A stretch of 64,000 nucleotides of DNA from Lingula anatina. Its lineage: Eukaryota > Animalia > Brachiopoda. Made by a program: the position numbers and the translations under genes. A model generated the notes under the pieces. It was not told the origin of the DNA. It worked only from the letters and a program-made list of their open reading frames with translations, and searched no databases. The stretch lies in the NCBI GenBank assembly GCA_051362555.1, contig CM120645.1:10912001-10976000 (forward strand), in the 5' to 3' direction. Shown here piece by piece: positions 47,502 through 61,700 of this stretch; within the stretch, counting starts at the first letter, position 1, and each line of letters opens with the position of its first letter.

Positions 47502-49761
47502 CTATCATTTTCACACATCTTGTATTTCTCAACAAACATCAATTTACACCAGCTCAGCTATGTTATCACTTTTCACACTAACTCATAAACTGTGTGCCAA
47601 AACAATTTACACTGGCTTGAGAAAGTGACAAATATTTTGCAAGGAAAAAAGTCACTGACCTGATTAAATTTTTCAATCTAGCTACTTACTAGTATATATG
47701 TCAGCATACTATTACATAACAGAGAAGTTACATAGGTATTAGTACACAGTATCCACCTAATCATCAGGTTCTGCAAGTAAACAAATTATTTTCTGACTCG
47801 CGTAATGACGTTACATATATAACCCACCTAGACCCCTGGCTCTACACATACAGCTTTGTCCTTGACAATCCTCTTTGCTAAGTCTTGAGCCAAATCCTTT
47901 TGCAAAAGCATTCCTCCAGAGGCACAGCATCCTCAAACTTTATCGAAATACAAATTATCAATTTAGCATCCAAGGTGCTTTTTATAATTTAAAACTTGTT
48001 CATTGCTGTGCTGCAGACAGCGTTCACTTGTTTAGTACAGGAACTACCCTAGAGTGGCGTCTATGATCTCCTACATACAATCTTCATTTTTGACATTTCA
48101 CTTCTGACTATAAAAAAACAGCAGCAAATAGATGGTAAAATGATATGTTGAAAGCTGCAAATTTCCTCATCAAAACTCATGTACCATGTTTCTCGTATGA
48201 AAGATCAGTCTACATCAAGAACTGCCAGCCACCTACAACACATAAATTCACATAAGCATCATCTCAAAACTGAACCATGAGAACAAATTGGTCTTCTTCA
48301 CCATCCCTCCTGACCAGTCAAATCACAGGTGAATATCACAGAAGGTTTGGTACATAGTTCCTGTGTGTCTTACATTGGTGACAAGTCTCACAGCCTTGAC
48401 CAGTGTAATGTTTGTCATTCTTCCAGTCCACACACCTTCTGTTACATTCAGTGTCCCTTAAGGTCACCCAGTACACACCCAATCTTGGCACCATACACAA
48501 TTCCATAAATATATATAGATAGATTTCTTTTTAAACATCTAAGATCTTGGAGAACTGAATGAAAATTGACGATGTTTGATACAATTAAGGAGCTATATCT
48601 GATAAAATGCAGAATGACTTTGGTGATATTTTAGACATGATAAGAGGTCTGTCCCAACACGGTCACTCTGACAGCTGGACATGAGTGATGACAACCGGTC
48701 ATACCTGTCATTCTTTATTGTCTCTTATGCATGCAACTGGCCAGATTTTTTGACAACTTTTCAAAGAATTCAATTGGTTGTGGTAGTGGGTCCAGAAAAG
48801 GGGGAGGGGGGGGGGCAGGGGCAAAAATGAAGGATCATCCACCCCACCCCCTTTTTCTGGTATTCTTAATCAGCTGTAGTTATATTTCAAAAACTACAAG
48901 CCACTGTTTCTTGGAAAAAACAATGAAGAAAAGTTGTCACTGAAATAGCCAATGTCAAAGAAGCCATACCCCTTTCATAATAAACAGATATAACATAAGT
49001 AAACCACATAACTGAAATTTATTGATAACACTACAGCATTTAATGAAATTATTTTCAAAAAAAAATGCGATAATTCTTCAGAGCCTTTTTTTTTTCATCT
49101 TTTGTTACCTTCTGTTGTGTCATGAGTTTAAATGCACATGATGGAAATTCTATTTAGAGTTTACTATTAATTACTGCAACTGGGTATAGTGCTTGTCACA
49201 CCTCTGATTGGCCTATAGTGATCAACAAGTGGACCAATATTTGCAAGACTTAACAGCAACACCAAAGACAAAATTTTCTGAACAAGGCAAATCTTAAATT
49301 AAATCTCAAATTTCTTTTTGACCATTTAGACGATTAAGAAAATGAAAATAAGTTTAAGTATACGGTACAAATTAATACGCTGTCATGCAGAAGCAAATGT
49401 AAGTACATATAAGTACAAAATAAAACAGGTCAGAATTGCAGTGAATCTTTCCCTCTGTTCCAGCAGGTCGCAGTGAGGGCAGAACCATCATGCTGCAATG
49501 TCAACATCTTGTCTGTTTGCGTCACTGAGAGGTCAAAGGTCAGGCTGATGACACAAGGAGGGCAACCCACTGTCATCTATCTTAATACTGTGACCGCCTG
49601 TCATAGCCAGAAAGAATATACCAGATGCTGATCAATAAATCAAGGCATCTTCATTATTTTCTTATGGTGTTTTTTCAGGGAATTCAAACCAAAGTAATTA
49701 ATCATACTTCCACAGCCAATGGTTTCTTTGTAATTCCTTAGCAATATAAGAGCACAATTAA

Positions 49762-50119
49762 AGGTACATACGAACCGAGTATCAGTGGAGCGTGGATTCC
49801 CAGTAACACATATAAACCACTTCTACTAGTTTCTTAAATGACTCAAATAAATTCTACATGCCAATAGATAAACTGAATAAATCACTGGATCAGCCATAAC
49901 AGCTCCTTTTTTTAAATTTTTGGTCAAAAATTTAACCTACTTTTGTGACCTACTTTTCTGGCCCATTGACATACAGCATAGAACGCTAGCAGAAAAATCT
50001 GTTTAAACATTTTCGGGTAAAATTAAACAATGCCTTTTGGTAATTCTCTTAGTTATACTACTTGAAACTATATGCTGGCATTTGGTTGGTTTTTGTGACC
50101 AAAAATTGACTTTGTATGC
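49762..50119. mobile_element. Uninterrupted partial copy of the TTAA-flanked DNA transposon
   Basis: Begins TTAA|AGGTACATAC. Its reverse complement aligns by eye across both halves (6971-7068 and 9241-9515) of the interrupted copy. Confidence 0.7.
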
Positions 50120-52569
50120 ATCTTCGAAGGTGTGTGTGTGTGTATGTGTGTGTGTGTGGGGGGGGGGGGGATACAAATATTTTATACATATAAGGCAGTT
50201 CAAATTTGTCAGCAATAACAATTTTGAAACTAAAGTTACTGTCAATGACACACAATCTTTTTAAAAATGTTTTTAAATTTATTTTCTAGTCAGATCCTGT
50301 GATTTTCTAGTCAGATCCTGCTGTCTTTATCAAAATCTCCTGCACTTCCTCGGTACACTGTGGTGCTCTCCCACACTAATAAATCAGGTTTGCCAAGTGA
50401 TTCCCTCCGCCACCAGTGCACTGCTTGCCTTCTGCGGCATATCCCCTGATTAGCAAGTTTCCAGTGCAAAGAAAATTATTGGATTTTTTCCACACTTTTT
50501 GGAACATGTAACATGCTGCAGTGCCAAATTAATCAGTTCAGAGTCAACAGAGGTTTTGTAATGACACGGATATTGATCAGGTTTACCCGGTGTGACTTGA
50601 AGCTGAGGGGATTTGATGTCAAGACAATGAGAAGAAAGGAAATGCATGCTAAATATCTTTCACACATAAATGTGCATATATATATATATTGCTTGCGTAT
50701 ATACATGAATACACACTTGCATGTATCCACACGTTTTCAAGTATACACGCAAGCAAAATGTTTTAACTTTGCGTCAAGAACATTTGTCACCCATTGACTT
50801 ACTTCTGCATTAGTTCTGTGAAACAGAAAGTTCATATGACAAGAACGCTTGACTGATCCTATCCTCCCAGCCCCCCCCCCCCCCTCACCCCAACCCCTCC
50901 CACCAGCAAATCACTACACAACCCCTCTATAACCTCATCCACTGATCACTGGGTATTCTACAGTACCAGCTAACCATCCAGCCCTCATTTGGACAGCCAC
51001 CAGCATCACCGGACTGGACGGCTTATATTTTAAAGACAGCTGGATGGCTTATGGATTTTTTTGAAATATGAGGAATTTAGGGCATACTTAGAACTCCCTG
51101 AAATTTTGTCGGAAATAACAGGTGGTAATATTGGACAGGCTGTACCCCAGTCCTAACAAAAGCCCTGTCTACAGGTATAAATAGGTGCTGCACAGCACGC
51201 AGCAGGGAATTGCAATCAAGTTCCCGCTTCTTGAAATCAGATCTGAAACAGTTTGTTTTGGAACCCAACTGAATGCGTTCCTCTCCTGCACCTAAATTAA
51301 TCTGATCATTACATCCCACATCAAATGTCAAGAAGCAGCTGAGATCTCTAATGAAACCATCATTACTTGAAATGTTTTTAATAACTGGTTTCCCTCCTTA
51401 GCTTTCCATGATGGGAAATTGTCAATACTGGTGGGAGGTATTCGTGCAGCCCATCTAATAGCACCGTTGCCATGGCAACCAATGTATGCTTGGTGCACCA
51501 TATTCATAGAACTTTTCCTAAGATTGCACATTACCTGGAGTAATTAGAGAAAAGATGTGGGGCAGTTCTGATAAGTTGGATAAGAACTTGGGTTAGAAGA
51601 AGAAAACAGTAGAATAAAATGGATGGTTTTCTAACAATTGGTGACATTTCAGTCGGGGGGGTGGTGGTTGTGGGGGGGGGGGTTTGAAGGGTAGTTTAAG
51701 TGAGAAAACTACCAAGAAGAAAATCAGATTCCAATTACTATTATTACTGTATTTTTACTATTATTATTAGTTACAATTAATCCATGTCAGTGCATGTCAG
51801 CCTAGCATCAAAACATTTTTCTTATTTTGGCCCCTAGGTAAGAAAATCATTATTTTCCTCAAACCAAACTTAGTGCATGCCCAATGCTGATAGTCTCATT
51901 AAGATAAAAAAAGAAAAGGATGTCAGCCTGAATGTTTTAATTTCAGTAATTGCCTTCGTGTGACGGACACTGCATCAAATCAATGACAATGAATGTGAAA
52001 ACTGACTTCATCATTTTTCTGCCCATTTAAGATGAATTAAGATAGCGACTTTAATTGTCTGGAATAAACAGATGACGTCTATCACATAATATTAGAGTAG
52101 GAGGATTTGATGGAAAAATAATCAATTTTCCTCTAAATGATAATGAAGGATTTCCCCAGGTGCCTCCGTGCAATTATTGTAGTCTAATTTCAATCACATG
52201 CACATCAATTTTTTTTTTTACATTGTGAAACTTATACCTTCAGGAAACAGCTAAAACTAATTTTTTTTTCAATACAATAAGGAAACAGCTATACATACAA
52301 TACAATAAAGTGTTCAATTCCTTTTCAAGCCAATTTCAGAAAATGTCAAAAAAACAATTTGGCTTTGGGATTCTTGATGAAAAGAATACTTGGTGAGCTC
52401 TAATTTCCCATCATCATTTACCAGGGATCTCTACACCACATAGGAATTAATAAAAGATCACTACCATACCGGCCTATGCAAATATACACCTATGTCAGGC
52501 AATATATACAGCATATGGTGCACCATATGGCAGAGGAAGTGAAGAAGTGTGTCCAGCCATCTTATCAGC

Positions 52570-52892
52570 AACTGGAAGAGAATCACATAGGACCAGTTCA
52601 CACTGCTGGAGGAGGATCATTTGGGACCAGTTCACACTGCTGGAAGAGGATCATTTAGGTCCAGGTCACATTGCTAGAGGAGGATCATTTGGGACCAGTT
52701 CACACTTCTGGAGGAGGATCATTAGGGACCAGCTCACCTTGCTGGAGATGGACCATTTGGGACCAGTTCACACTTCTGGAGGAGGATCATTTGGGACCAG
52801 TTCACCTTGCAGGAGATGGACCATTTAGGTCCAGGCCACACTGCTGGAAGAGGAGCATTTTGGTCTAGATCGCACTGCTGGGGGAGGACCAG
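52570..52892. repeat. 34-bp minisatellite, ~9-10 copies
   Basis: Unit ttgggaccagttcacactgctggaggaggatcat, head-to-tail with no spacers. Confidence 0.92.
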
Positions 52893-53793
52893 ACTGGCAA
52901 TTACACCATGGTTTCTAGGCAATCAATCATTAAATACAATGTAATAGACTGGCTGTAAGATGGCGCCATGTAACATGCACTGAAGTCTGCATCAACTTAG
53001 GGCATCAGGAACATTTACTTACATTCCCATTACATGCAATATTTTTTATAGAATTATGATGGAATTATCGGTTTAGCGCAGCATCAGAAAACTGTAGTTT
53101 TTTCCCCATTTTCCTAGTCTGTAACATATTATAAAATGCACTTCATTGATCAGACACAGCTGTTACCAATATCTCCTTACTTTGACTTAGGTTATACACA
53201 TCATCATGCACAAAAAGCTTTATTATGTACATACAATTCTCAGATTAAAAATCTTATTATTTATACTCAACTATATTCAGTTGAAGTAATTTGAGGAGAT
53301 ACTGCCCCTTTTAGATTTTTACAACTTTTAAAATCTCTGGCGTACAAAAAAATCTTATGGTTCCCTTAAACTGAAGTCAAATATGTGCAAGTTGCTGGCA
53401 TTTAGACTTAAGTCAGTATCTTCCAGCCTCTGTCATTAAGAATACTAACCTTTCACCCTTTTAAGAAAAATCTTCAAATAGCGCAAAAAATTAAGCTATC
53501 AAATCTCAGTAACTTCAAGGTGTGACTTTCACCTGTAATATACACAACGTCAGACAAGTTTATAAACACGCTGCAATAACATAAAGCAGTATTCCCTGTC
53601 CTTCAATGCATACACTGCAGAGTACCACAGCCTAGATATTGCGTATATATATATATACCCAACATTGGTGCAAGGTAAAGTTCTGCCCCATATTATGTGA
53701 AATTTCAATTTTTGGTTCTTAAAGATTCAATAAGTTTGAGCTGCCGAGAATTATCTCTTGAGGGTTACATTTGATTGATTGATTTATTTATAT

Positions 53794-53795
<2 letters not shown>

Positions 53796-53840
<45 letters not shown>

Positions 53841-53854
53841 GAGAGAGAGAGAGA
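53796..53854. repeat. (GA)n microsatellite
   Basis: About 29 GA units, immediately inside the donor of the candidate exon. Confidence 0.95.
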
Positions 53855-53865
53855 AATTTGCTTAC

Positions 53866-53950
53866 CAATGGGGTGAACATTATTCAGCCAGCCAGAAGGA
53901 CAAGACTGCTGCCTTCGGAACATTGTCTGAAACTTGGCGAACACAGGCAT
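53866..53950 (-). CDS. CDK17: Candidate alternative first coding exon of the PCTAIRE kinase
   Basis: MPVFAKFQTMFRRQQSCPSGWLNNVHPI-G|GTAAGC. The phase-1 donor matches the phase-1 acceptor at 46817. Confidence 0.5.
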
Positions 53951-56900
53951 AGCTATCCACAACACGGTCTCAGCAAATAAAACAAACAAAAAAATTTCAG
54001 CTTATTCTTTCCTGTGAACGTCCTCAATGTCCTCAGAGAAGTCTGTGGCAATTTAGATATATATCTGCTGCATACTAGTGCCTGCGGGCTTTCAATTTTC
54101 TCCACCTACACCAATGCTGTTCCACCCACAGTGTCACTTAAACTCTTGCCCCATATTGCTGCGGATATCTGATGAAAGATAAGTCCTTCACAATACCATA
54201 AGCAATTTGATGAGTCTTCCACCTTTTATTCTTATTACAAACAATAACATTGATCCATACAGTCACAATTTCTGCCAAACCCAAATCTCCTTCTTCAAAT
54301 TTCCAATTTATGCAAACCTCAATGGTGTGACGTTACTCTAGCGATTCTTGTCTCCTCTTCTTACAATTGAATGACATTAAAACAGAAATGTCATTACACT
54401 TTGTCTTATAACTTATAAGTAACAAAATAAAGACTGGTATCCAATCTGTTGAGTTTTGCATCTGTCGAATCAGGCACACCACAGTTATATGTTAATTGAA
54501 TTATACCTTGAGTGCTGTCTGGTAGATAGCTATGTAATGAAATTAAAATGAGTTTTTTTTTCTCCTTTAAGTAATCTTTTTGTCAAGACATACTGTACAT
54601 GAGAATGTTACAGATACTCAAAGCAACTCACCCACTTAATGTTATTTTGTTATCTATACTTTTGTACAGTTTTGAAAAAAAGCTTAATGTCCTCAGATAT
54701 TTTACCATTCATTCTGTGATCATATATAGATCTTTAAAAGCCATACTTCTCTAAGAAGTCTCTGCGTCCAATTTGATATACCCCACAGCAAATTCACCTT
54801 CTGTTTCTCAGCTAAACCTGTCCTCTTTGACTTCAAAGTGACCTCCACCTCAACACTAACCCCTGTGACAACACCAATGACAATACATCAGCAGCAGTAT
54901 TCTACACTGTTACTGTATTTGAGATGTCTCAGCAGCAGCAGCAGCAGGAAGAGTACAACAATGGCACCACTGGTGTCAGATTTATGCCACTGTTTCACCT
55001 GGCCTTGTTGTTAGGTGTGCTCTACCCTAACTTCTTACAATTACCACCAGAGCAATAACAGCACTGACAATGACAGCACTGATGCAATAGCAGAAACAAT
55101 GAAGCAGCAACTCCAGTGCAGTGCTACAACGCCAGCTACACCATGAAGTGACACAGTAGCACTAACAGAACAGTTATGTCAGCACAGCAGCACCAAAGTG
55201 CCATAAAACAGATGAATCCTAAGATACACTGTGATTATAGATCTCCTGGATACAGACAAGCTATCAGGCTATTTCTGTGAACCAGTACAGAATGCAGTGT
55301 CAGGACACAGCAGCAGGCTATTGCTACAGTGACGTAACCACAGTAAAACAAGTGCTAGCTCTCAGCACAACAAACTGAGTACTACACCACTCCAGTCCAG
55401 CGTAATGCACTGAAATGAACGCGGGTATGCGCGCCAGCAAAACCTGCCGCTTATTTAATAAAATATATCCATCAATACAATGGCCATCATTATGACTCTC
55501 GCCTATAGCAGCGTCAGCTTCCTTCCTGAATTCACCGGCAGAAGGGCAATTGATTTCTGCTGCCGCATTGGGGCCGAGCTGACCTGAGCCTTTCCTTTAA
55601 TGATCCAACCAGCTGGCAAGGGAGACTTAATTATAACAAGTAATGACAAGTTAATTACTGAATAATTTCAAGTTCTTTTTCTCTTTTTTTCCAGGGTTAT
55701 ATTAACTGTTGTTGCCATGGTTACCTCGCTGCTTTAATCAAGTAGGCTGATTTTTTTTTTTTTTCTGGCAAATAATGACAGACATAAATCATTAAAACTG
55801 AATCCCTAAGACAATTACTGTCCAAAAACAATTTTTAAACACTGATATGATATTTTCCTACAGGGTAAAACATTTTAAGGACAAAACCACATACTGTGTA
55901 ATAATCAGTGAAAAGTACAATATAATATGTGTTGGCTCAGCTTGGCATCAATTGAGGTGTCAACCTTCATATAAACATTTACAGGGGAGGCTTTTGTTTT
56001 CAAACTTTTACAATTATGCATCTGAAAGGTAACATTTTTTTTATTTCTGTGCACCAGAATGTGAGTTTTTGTTTTCTAAGAATTCTATGCTGATATCTTT
56101 CTCTTGGTAAAATGAGGAATGTATGTCAGATGATACGTTCCATTTTTTCATCAGAATCAGCAGAGTGGCTGATAATGATGAAATACAATTCATCACTTTC
56201 ATACTTCAATAACATAAATCTTGCATTCTTAATTACGAAATAACATCTAAAATCTGAAAAAAAAATCCACTTGGTTCAGAAGAAAAGAAAAATTTCTCTT
56301 CTTATCAATTCATTATTCGATTTCACTAAATAATCTGAAACGCATGTGGGCTCAATTTCTGCTTAAGAAGAAAAGCTACACGAAAAAGCTTTCCCCTTTA
56401 ATAACAAATGTGTCCAGAACACTTCACAATGGAATTAAAATCCGAGTGTGTTTGAACAACTAAATGGTTTCATCTTGGCATGATACTAAAACCTGGATAT
56501 ACTGTCAGAAATTTAGGTAGGAATTTACCACCTGGCAGCCCATTTCGCTTTAAATGTTCAATAAAATCACTGACAACCCTCAGTTGCTTGTGCATACATA
56601 ACTCAACGCCACTCATGCAGCATGGTTAACCATTAATTATGCAAGAAAACCTAAGTTTACAGAGGAGAAGGATTGGCCACATGGTATTCACGAGGAAAAT
56701 ATCATGTTTGCACAGACTTCTGGTCAACAAACCCCTCACAGGAAAAACTCCAATGCATCAGTACCAAAGACACATCCCCTTAAAGCCATCAATACGAAAT
56801 AAAAATGTGAGGAACAAAAAAACTGTGCAACCTCAAAATGCTTCCAAAAAAGGAGAAGAAAACTGACACCTTATAACAGATGACGGGATCTGTCACGGGT

Positions 56901-58614
56901 TTTGGTGAAGTGCCATGTTTATCCTCTCTAAGCTGACATGAATGATGACAAATTATTCTTTGTTATTCTCATAAATTACACACCGTTTCCTATAACGAGA
57001 GAGAGAGGGAGGGGGAGAGAGAGAGAGAAAGAGACAATAATCTACAAATTTGAACCAAATTGTCAAAATGAATTTCACGATTTAAAATCCGCGTGCTGTC
57101 TTCTGCCCTGGATCATCTGGATGCATAAACAGTGAAATGTTGACCACTGATCTCTGTTTTTCTTTTACAGTGAAAAGCGAAATATCACAATAATTACCAA
57201 TAACCTACAAAAGAATGTCAAAACTGTACAACATGTCATCAGGCAGTTTAATACACTTCTATGTAAAAAAAAAAGACATGATCACATCCCTCCGTTTCAT
57301 TCAGCCACATTTGATAAGAGTTGACATCTTTCTTCGTCATGCAATCAAATTGATGTTTTTTTTTTTTTTTTTGTTTGTTTTTTTTTACCTTATTGAGGAA
57401 GACAAAAGGCATCTAAGAATCACTTAAGTAAATTGGTCTAGAACTACAGGACCTGTTACTTTCTGTTTCTGCCAAAAGATGCTATCTATATGCAATTACA
57501 TGGCAATTGTTTTCAGCATAAAAGACAGAGCAGGCAGAAGAACTTTCCCAAAAAGCAAACTTACTCATCCTGAGAGTCATTTTGATGAAACCTTACATCA
57601 GTTTTTCTCAAACAAATAGAACCCATCTCTATCATTGCCAATCACAGCTGCTGTCCTCTACTGCAAGGTGACTTTGGCAAAACCCTCAAAGAACCCTCAG
57701 GCTCTCCTTAATACCATAAAAACTCATTAATTTCAAACACCCTAAATACTCAAATATCTTTTTTTTTCTTTAAGATTTACACTTAATGCATCAATAATGT
57801 GTATTTTATGAAACGAACCATACCTGTTTAAAAACACTATTATCGCTCACTAAACGAAGAAAATATATTGAAAATAAGATAAATCATTTTGGTGTGAATT
57901 ACAAGACTAATTACCGCAATCACCTATCTGCTATGTAAGTGGCCGAAGAACCATCAAATCACACTTTAACCTAATACCACTACAGTATTTGTCAACATGA
58001 AAACAAAAGACCTTTGTAATCAATGGCAAATGTAACAGTAAATGAACACTTTGTAAATCATCATCAAACTAACTATTAAAAAGTAATGCACGATTTCCAC
58101 AAGATCATTTCAACATTTCACATCCTATTCATCTGTCTAGTGCCATGTCAGAGATCAATAAATGACGTTCTTCATTTCACTTAAAGGGGGCCATTAAACG
58201 AAAAAAATCATTATGGCTGAAAGACAAATTACACTTAGGTCGGAGGCTTTTTGCCAAGTTAGGTAGCAATTACATCCAAAGGTAAACAACTGTGGCTAAC
58301 CTCAGTGAGCAGAGGAAAAAAAATAGTTCCTTTTTATAGTATCACCACAAGGACTGAAAACCCTTGTTTTCATACTGCATTCCCATAAACAAACAACATA
58401 CATAAGACATAAGAACTAGGGCAACTCTTGCAATCTCCTTATTTTAGTCAAACAACATTTTTACCAATTTTGTTGAAAACCTAAGAAACTAACAAAAATA
58501 TATCATAATGTATCACAATGTTGTTTGTCAGAAATGAATTACCTTCAGTGTTACCCAAAGGTATTTTGCTGAAGTGAACTCTAAAAGATAATAAAACAAA
58601 TACAGCACCAGTAC

Positions 58615-58798
58615 CTAAGGTCATTCCTCGAGACAGACTTTTAGATCGGAACATCCCCGGTCTGCAAGGTCGGGGCTGCATCGTCTGGCTCTGAGACGAC
58701 GTCATTGAACCCTTCTGCTCCGTGGCCGGCTTCCGTCTGCTCTTTTTGGAGAATGAAAAGACCTTGAATGGGTTTTTGTACAAGAAACTGAGATCCAT
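58615..58798 (-). CDS. CDK17: Candidate alternative first coding exon of the PCTAIRE kinase
   Basis: MDLSFLYKNPFKVFSFSKKSRRKPATEQKGSMTSSQSQTMQPRPCRPGMFRSKSLSRGMTL-G|GTACTG. Phase 1, compatible with 46817. GC- and CpG-richer than its flanks. Confidence 0.55.
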
Positions 58799-61700
58799 AT
58801 TGATTTTTCTGCTCCTTTCTTTCCACTCAGAAGAGACTTTCGAGAGCCCCAGTGGGCAGAGTTTCAAGTTGCTCCCAGTCAATAGCTAATTGTCAGGGAG
58901 CGCAGTGTTGCGCCACAGACAACAATCACACAATCGTCTGCTGCAACTTGTGCGGTAACGGCCAGCTAAAGTGATGTAACACAAAGCCTCCACTTGTATT
59001 CTTTGGCAGCCAAATGTGTAGTTGCCATGGCAACCACTGGCAGGAGTAGTAACTCGACCAGTCCTCCACAGATGCCACTGACAGTGAGAGCTGTGATGTA
59101 TCTGTAAAGGTTGAGATCACAATCACGCCCTGCCGATGGTCTCTGTCACTCCGCCAGTAGTAGCCTGATAGGGAAAACCCCTCGAGTGGAAATATATCCT
59201 TTATCGGAATTTCACTCTAGCCACAAACATTGCCACTTGGAGCTATGATCCACAAACAAAGAGTACTGGTGCACCAGTGAAAATAGAACTGTTATCCTTA
59301 ACCAGGTGCCAGTAAGAGAGTTTCAAGGTCTCTGGATGCGACGATGGAGCGTGCCAAGTCGAACACTGCGCTCTCCTTCTCTCTCAGCTTGCAGTCTTTG
59401 AACTAGCTAAACAATCTGTTTTAATGCTGCTCGCTGCCAAGTTATTCTCAGTGCATCAAAACTACCAAATTCTCAAACCATCTGTCCAGACTGACATCTG
59501 AATCCTCAAGTTTTCTTTTCTTCTTAAAGGAAACGCATTGTATCCTGTTGAAGTGAGCATGTTAAACACCCATCTTGCATCTATGTCCTGTTAAGCTTGA
59601 AACAGAGATCTTAAGTTTTCCTGAGGAAATGCAACGTCAGATTGAACCCAAAACCTCTGTTCTGTACTCGCTATCACCGATAGCAGCATAACATCTCTGC
59701 GGATCTGGAAGCCACCAGCTGGTTTCCGTAGTATTTAGTATGCAGGTTTGGTAAAATATCCCAGCCACACCAAGATAACCCGACTTCTCACTTCAGGTAA
59801 AACTACTGGGAACAACTCCATGCACACACCATCAGTCTCCCGATTCTATGAATATCCCCCAGGTCCAACAGCTTCTGACGTTCTCCTGTTTATTTGTACA
59901 TTCTAACACGCCTCAAATGAGTAGAAGAGCTGAGCAGAAGCACAAAGAAGCGAGATTTCTGTTGGAGAAAATCCCCAACGAGCAGCAGATTCCATGTGCG
60001 CTGTGCTGCTGCACTTCCCACTGGTGAACTGCTGGCTATGATGGAACTGAACAAAGTACTTACAGAGTAGGTGCAAAGTACCACCTGGTCTCAAGGTCTG
60101 AGCTAGAGCCTCTACCACAGACACCCTGGCCATACAGGAGGCTCAAGTCAGCAGGGAGCATATTAACCAATTGCCAAATAAATCACTTAATGAATAGAAC
60201 AAATAATAATGTTCTCAGCTGATGGTTTTCTTAATATTCATCCACTAACAGTTTTCAACACTGGGGAATAAAATCAACTCTGGTCAAAAGGAGTCAATTT
60301 GTAATTTAAAAAAATATTACTTAGGAAAATAAACATGAGGTACTGGAAAGAGGAAATACTCCAACCACTACACATCACCATATGCTCCAATGAAACAAAA
60401 TATTTGGCACATGTTCCATTTTTTTTCAGCATTTCAGCTCTTAGTAGTAATCACGGCAGACATCTTGTGGCATTGTTGAAACGGAACCAAGGAAGTCCAG
60501 AGTCGCACAACACCCTCTCACACACATGAATGAGTTGAGACTTCTGAAGGAAGTTCACACCAGGACCAATTTAAAACCTAAGTAGACTAATTGACATCAC
60601 ACAACAACCACATAGACTTTATCAATGCCTCATTAAAATGTATCTAATAGCAAAGTCATAAACTGATGATTCTCTTGTTTAAAGTGTTCTTTGACATGCA
60701 TAAAATTAGAGTTGATTTTGGATTGTAAGAAAAAATGGTAGGTAGACCTTTGATTGGGAATATCTGGGGCCTGCTTAGGACATAAAATTGCCAGGAAAAA
60801 ATGAATATTTAATTTGAATCATAAAAAAAATCCTGGATGTAAAATGCAGTTTTTGACAAAGCAAATTTAAACCAATGCAGTCTTCTATTCCATTTCTTCT
60901 TTTTCTGGTTTCAGTTGATTTTGATGTAAACATGCCCTAAAAGCACAATTCCCACAAGCAGCATGGCAGGTTATTCAGGAGCTGATTAACAGGGAGAAAA
61001 AAAGAGGAAAGGAATAAAGACAGAAAAAACAGCTGATTCGAAAAATTGAAGTGTCTGTTGAAGTAAAGCCTCTGGAGCGGGTCCCCTGCTATTCTGACAG
61101 CTGATGTTTGCCCCAAATACTAAAATAAACCCAGCACAGCCAGCTCCAAGCAGCTGAAGATCAGGAAGAGGAGCAGGTGCAACTCTCTCCACCACAAGAA
61201 CCAAGAGTTGTTCTAATGCTCTTATCAAAAGCTTTTAATTCTTATTAATGTCAAAGTATCCTTCAAACAAAGAATGAGCTAAACAGCTGACGACTTGGCT
61301 ATGAGGCATATTTTTATGAGCTTTGTTGTATACCCTGAAAAGGGCAGAAAATGGAGGATGAACTTAATAGGTTTAGCTACAGGGGAGAGAAGTGTGGAAG
61401 ATGGTTAACCTTTTCTGAATGCATAAGCCATTCTATCACCTTTATCACTTAAACGAAATATTGCCCATTTCCTCCAAACCTACAATGAGAAAGCAATCTT
61501 TAATAAAAATGCCATTAACATTTACAACAAATTCAAGTTTCTGATACCTCATTTAATCATATCAGTTCTAAAAGTTGCCCTTTTTTCAGCAAATACCTGA
61601 ATGGATTTGTATATATATATATGTCCAGTGTTAATTAGTAGATGGCAGATGCTATAGCCTGAGAGAAAAAAGGTGAAAAAAGGAGAAAAATTTAGGGCAC

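Noticed and set aside
52570-52892. CRISPR-like 34-bp repeats
   Set aside because: Units are head-to-tail with no unique spacers, there are no cas genes, and the context is a eukaryotic intron.
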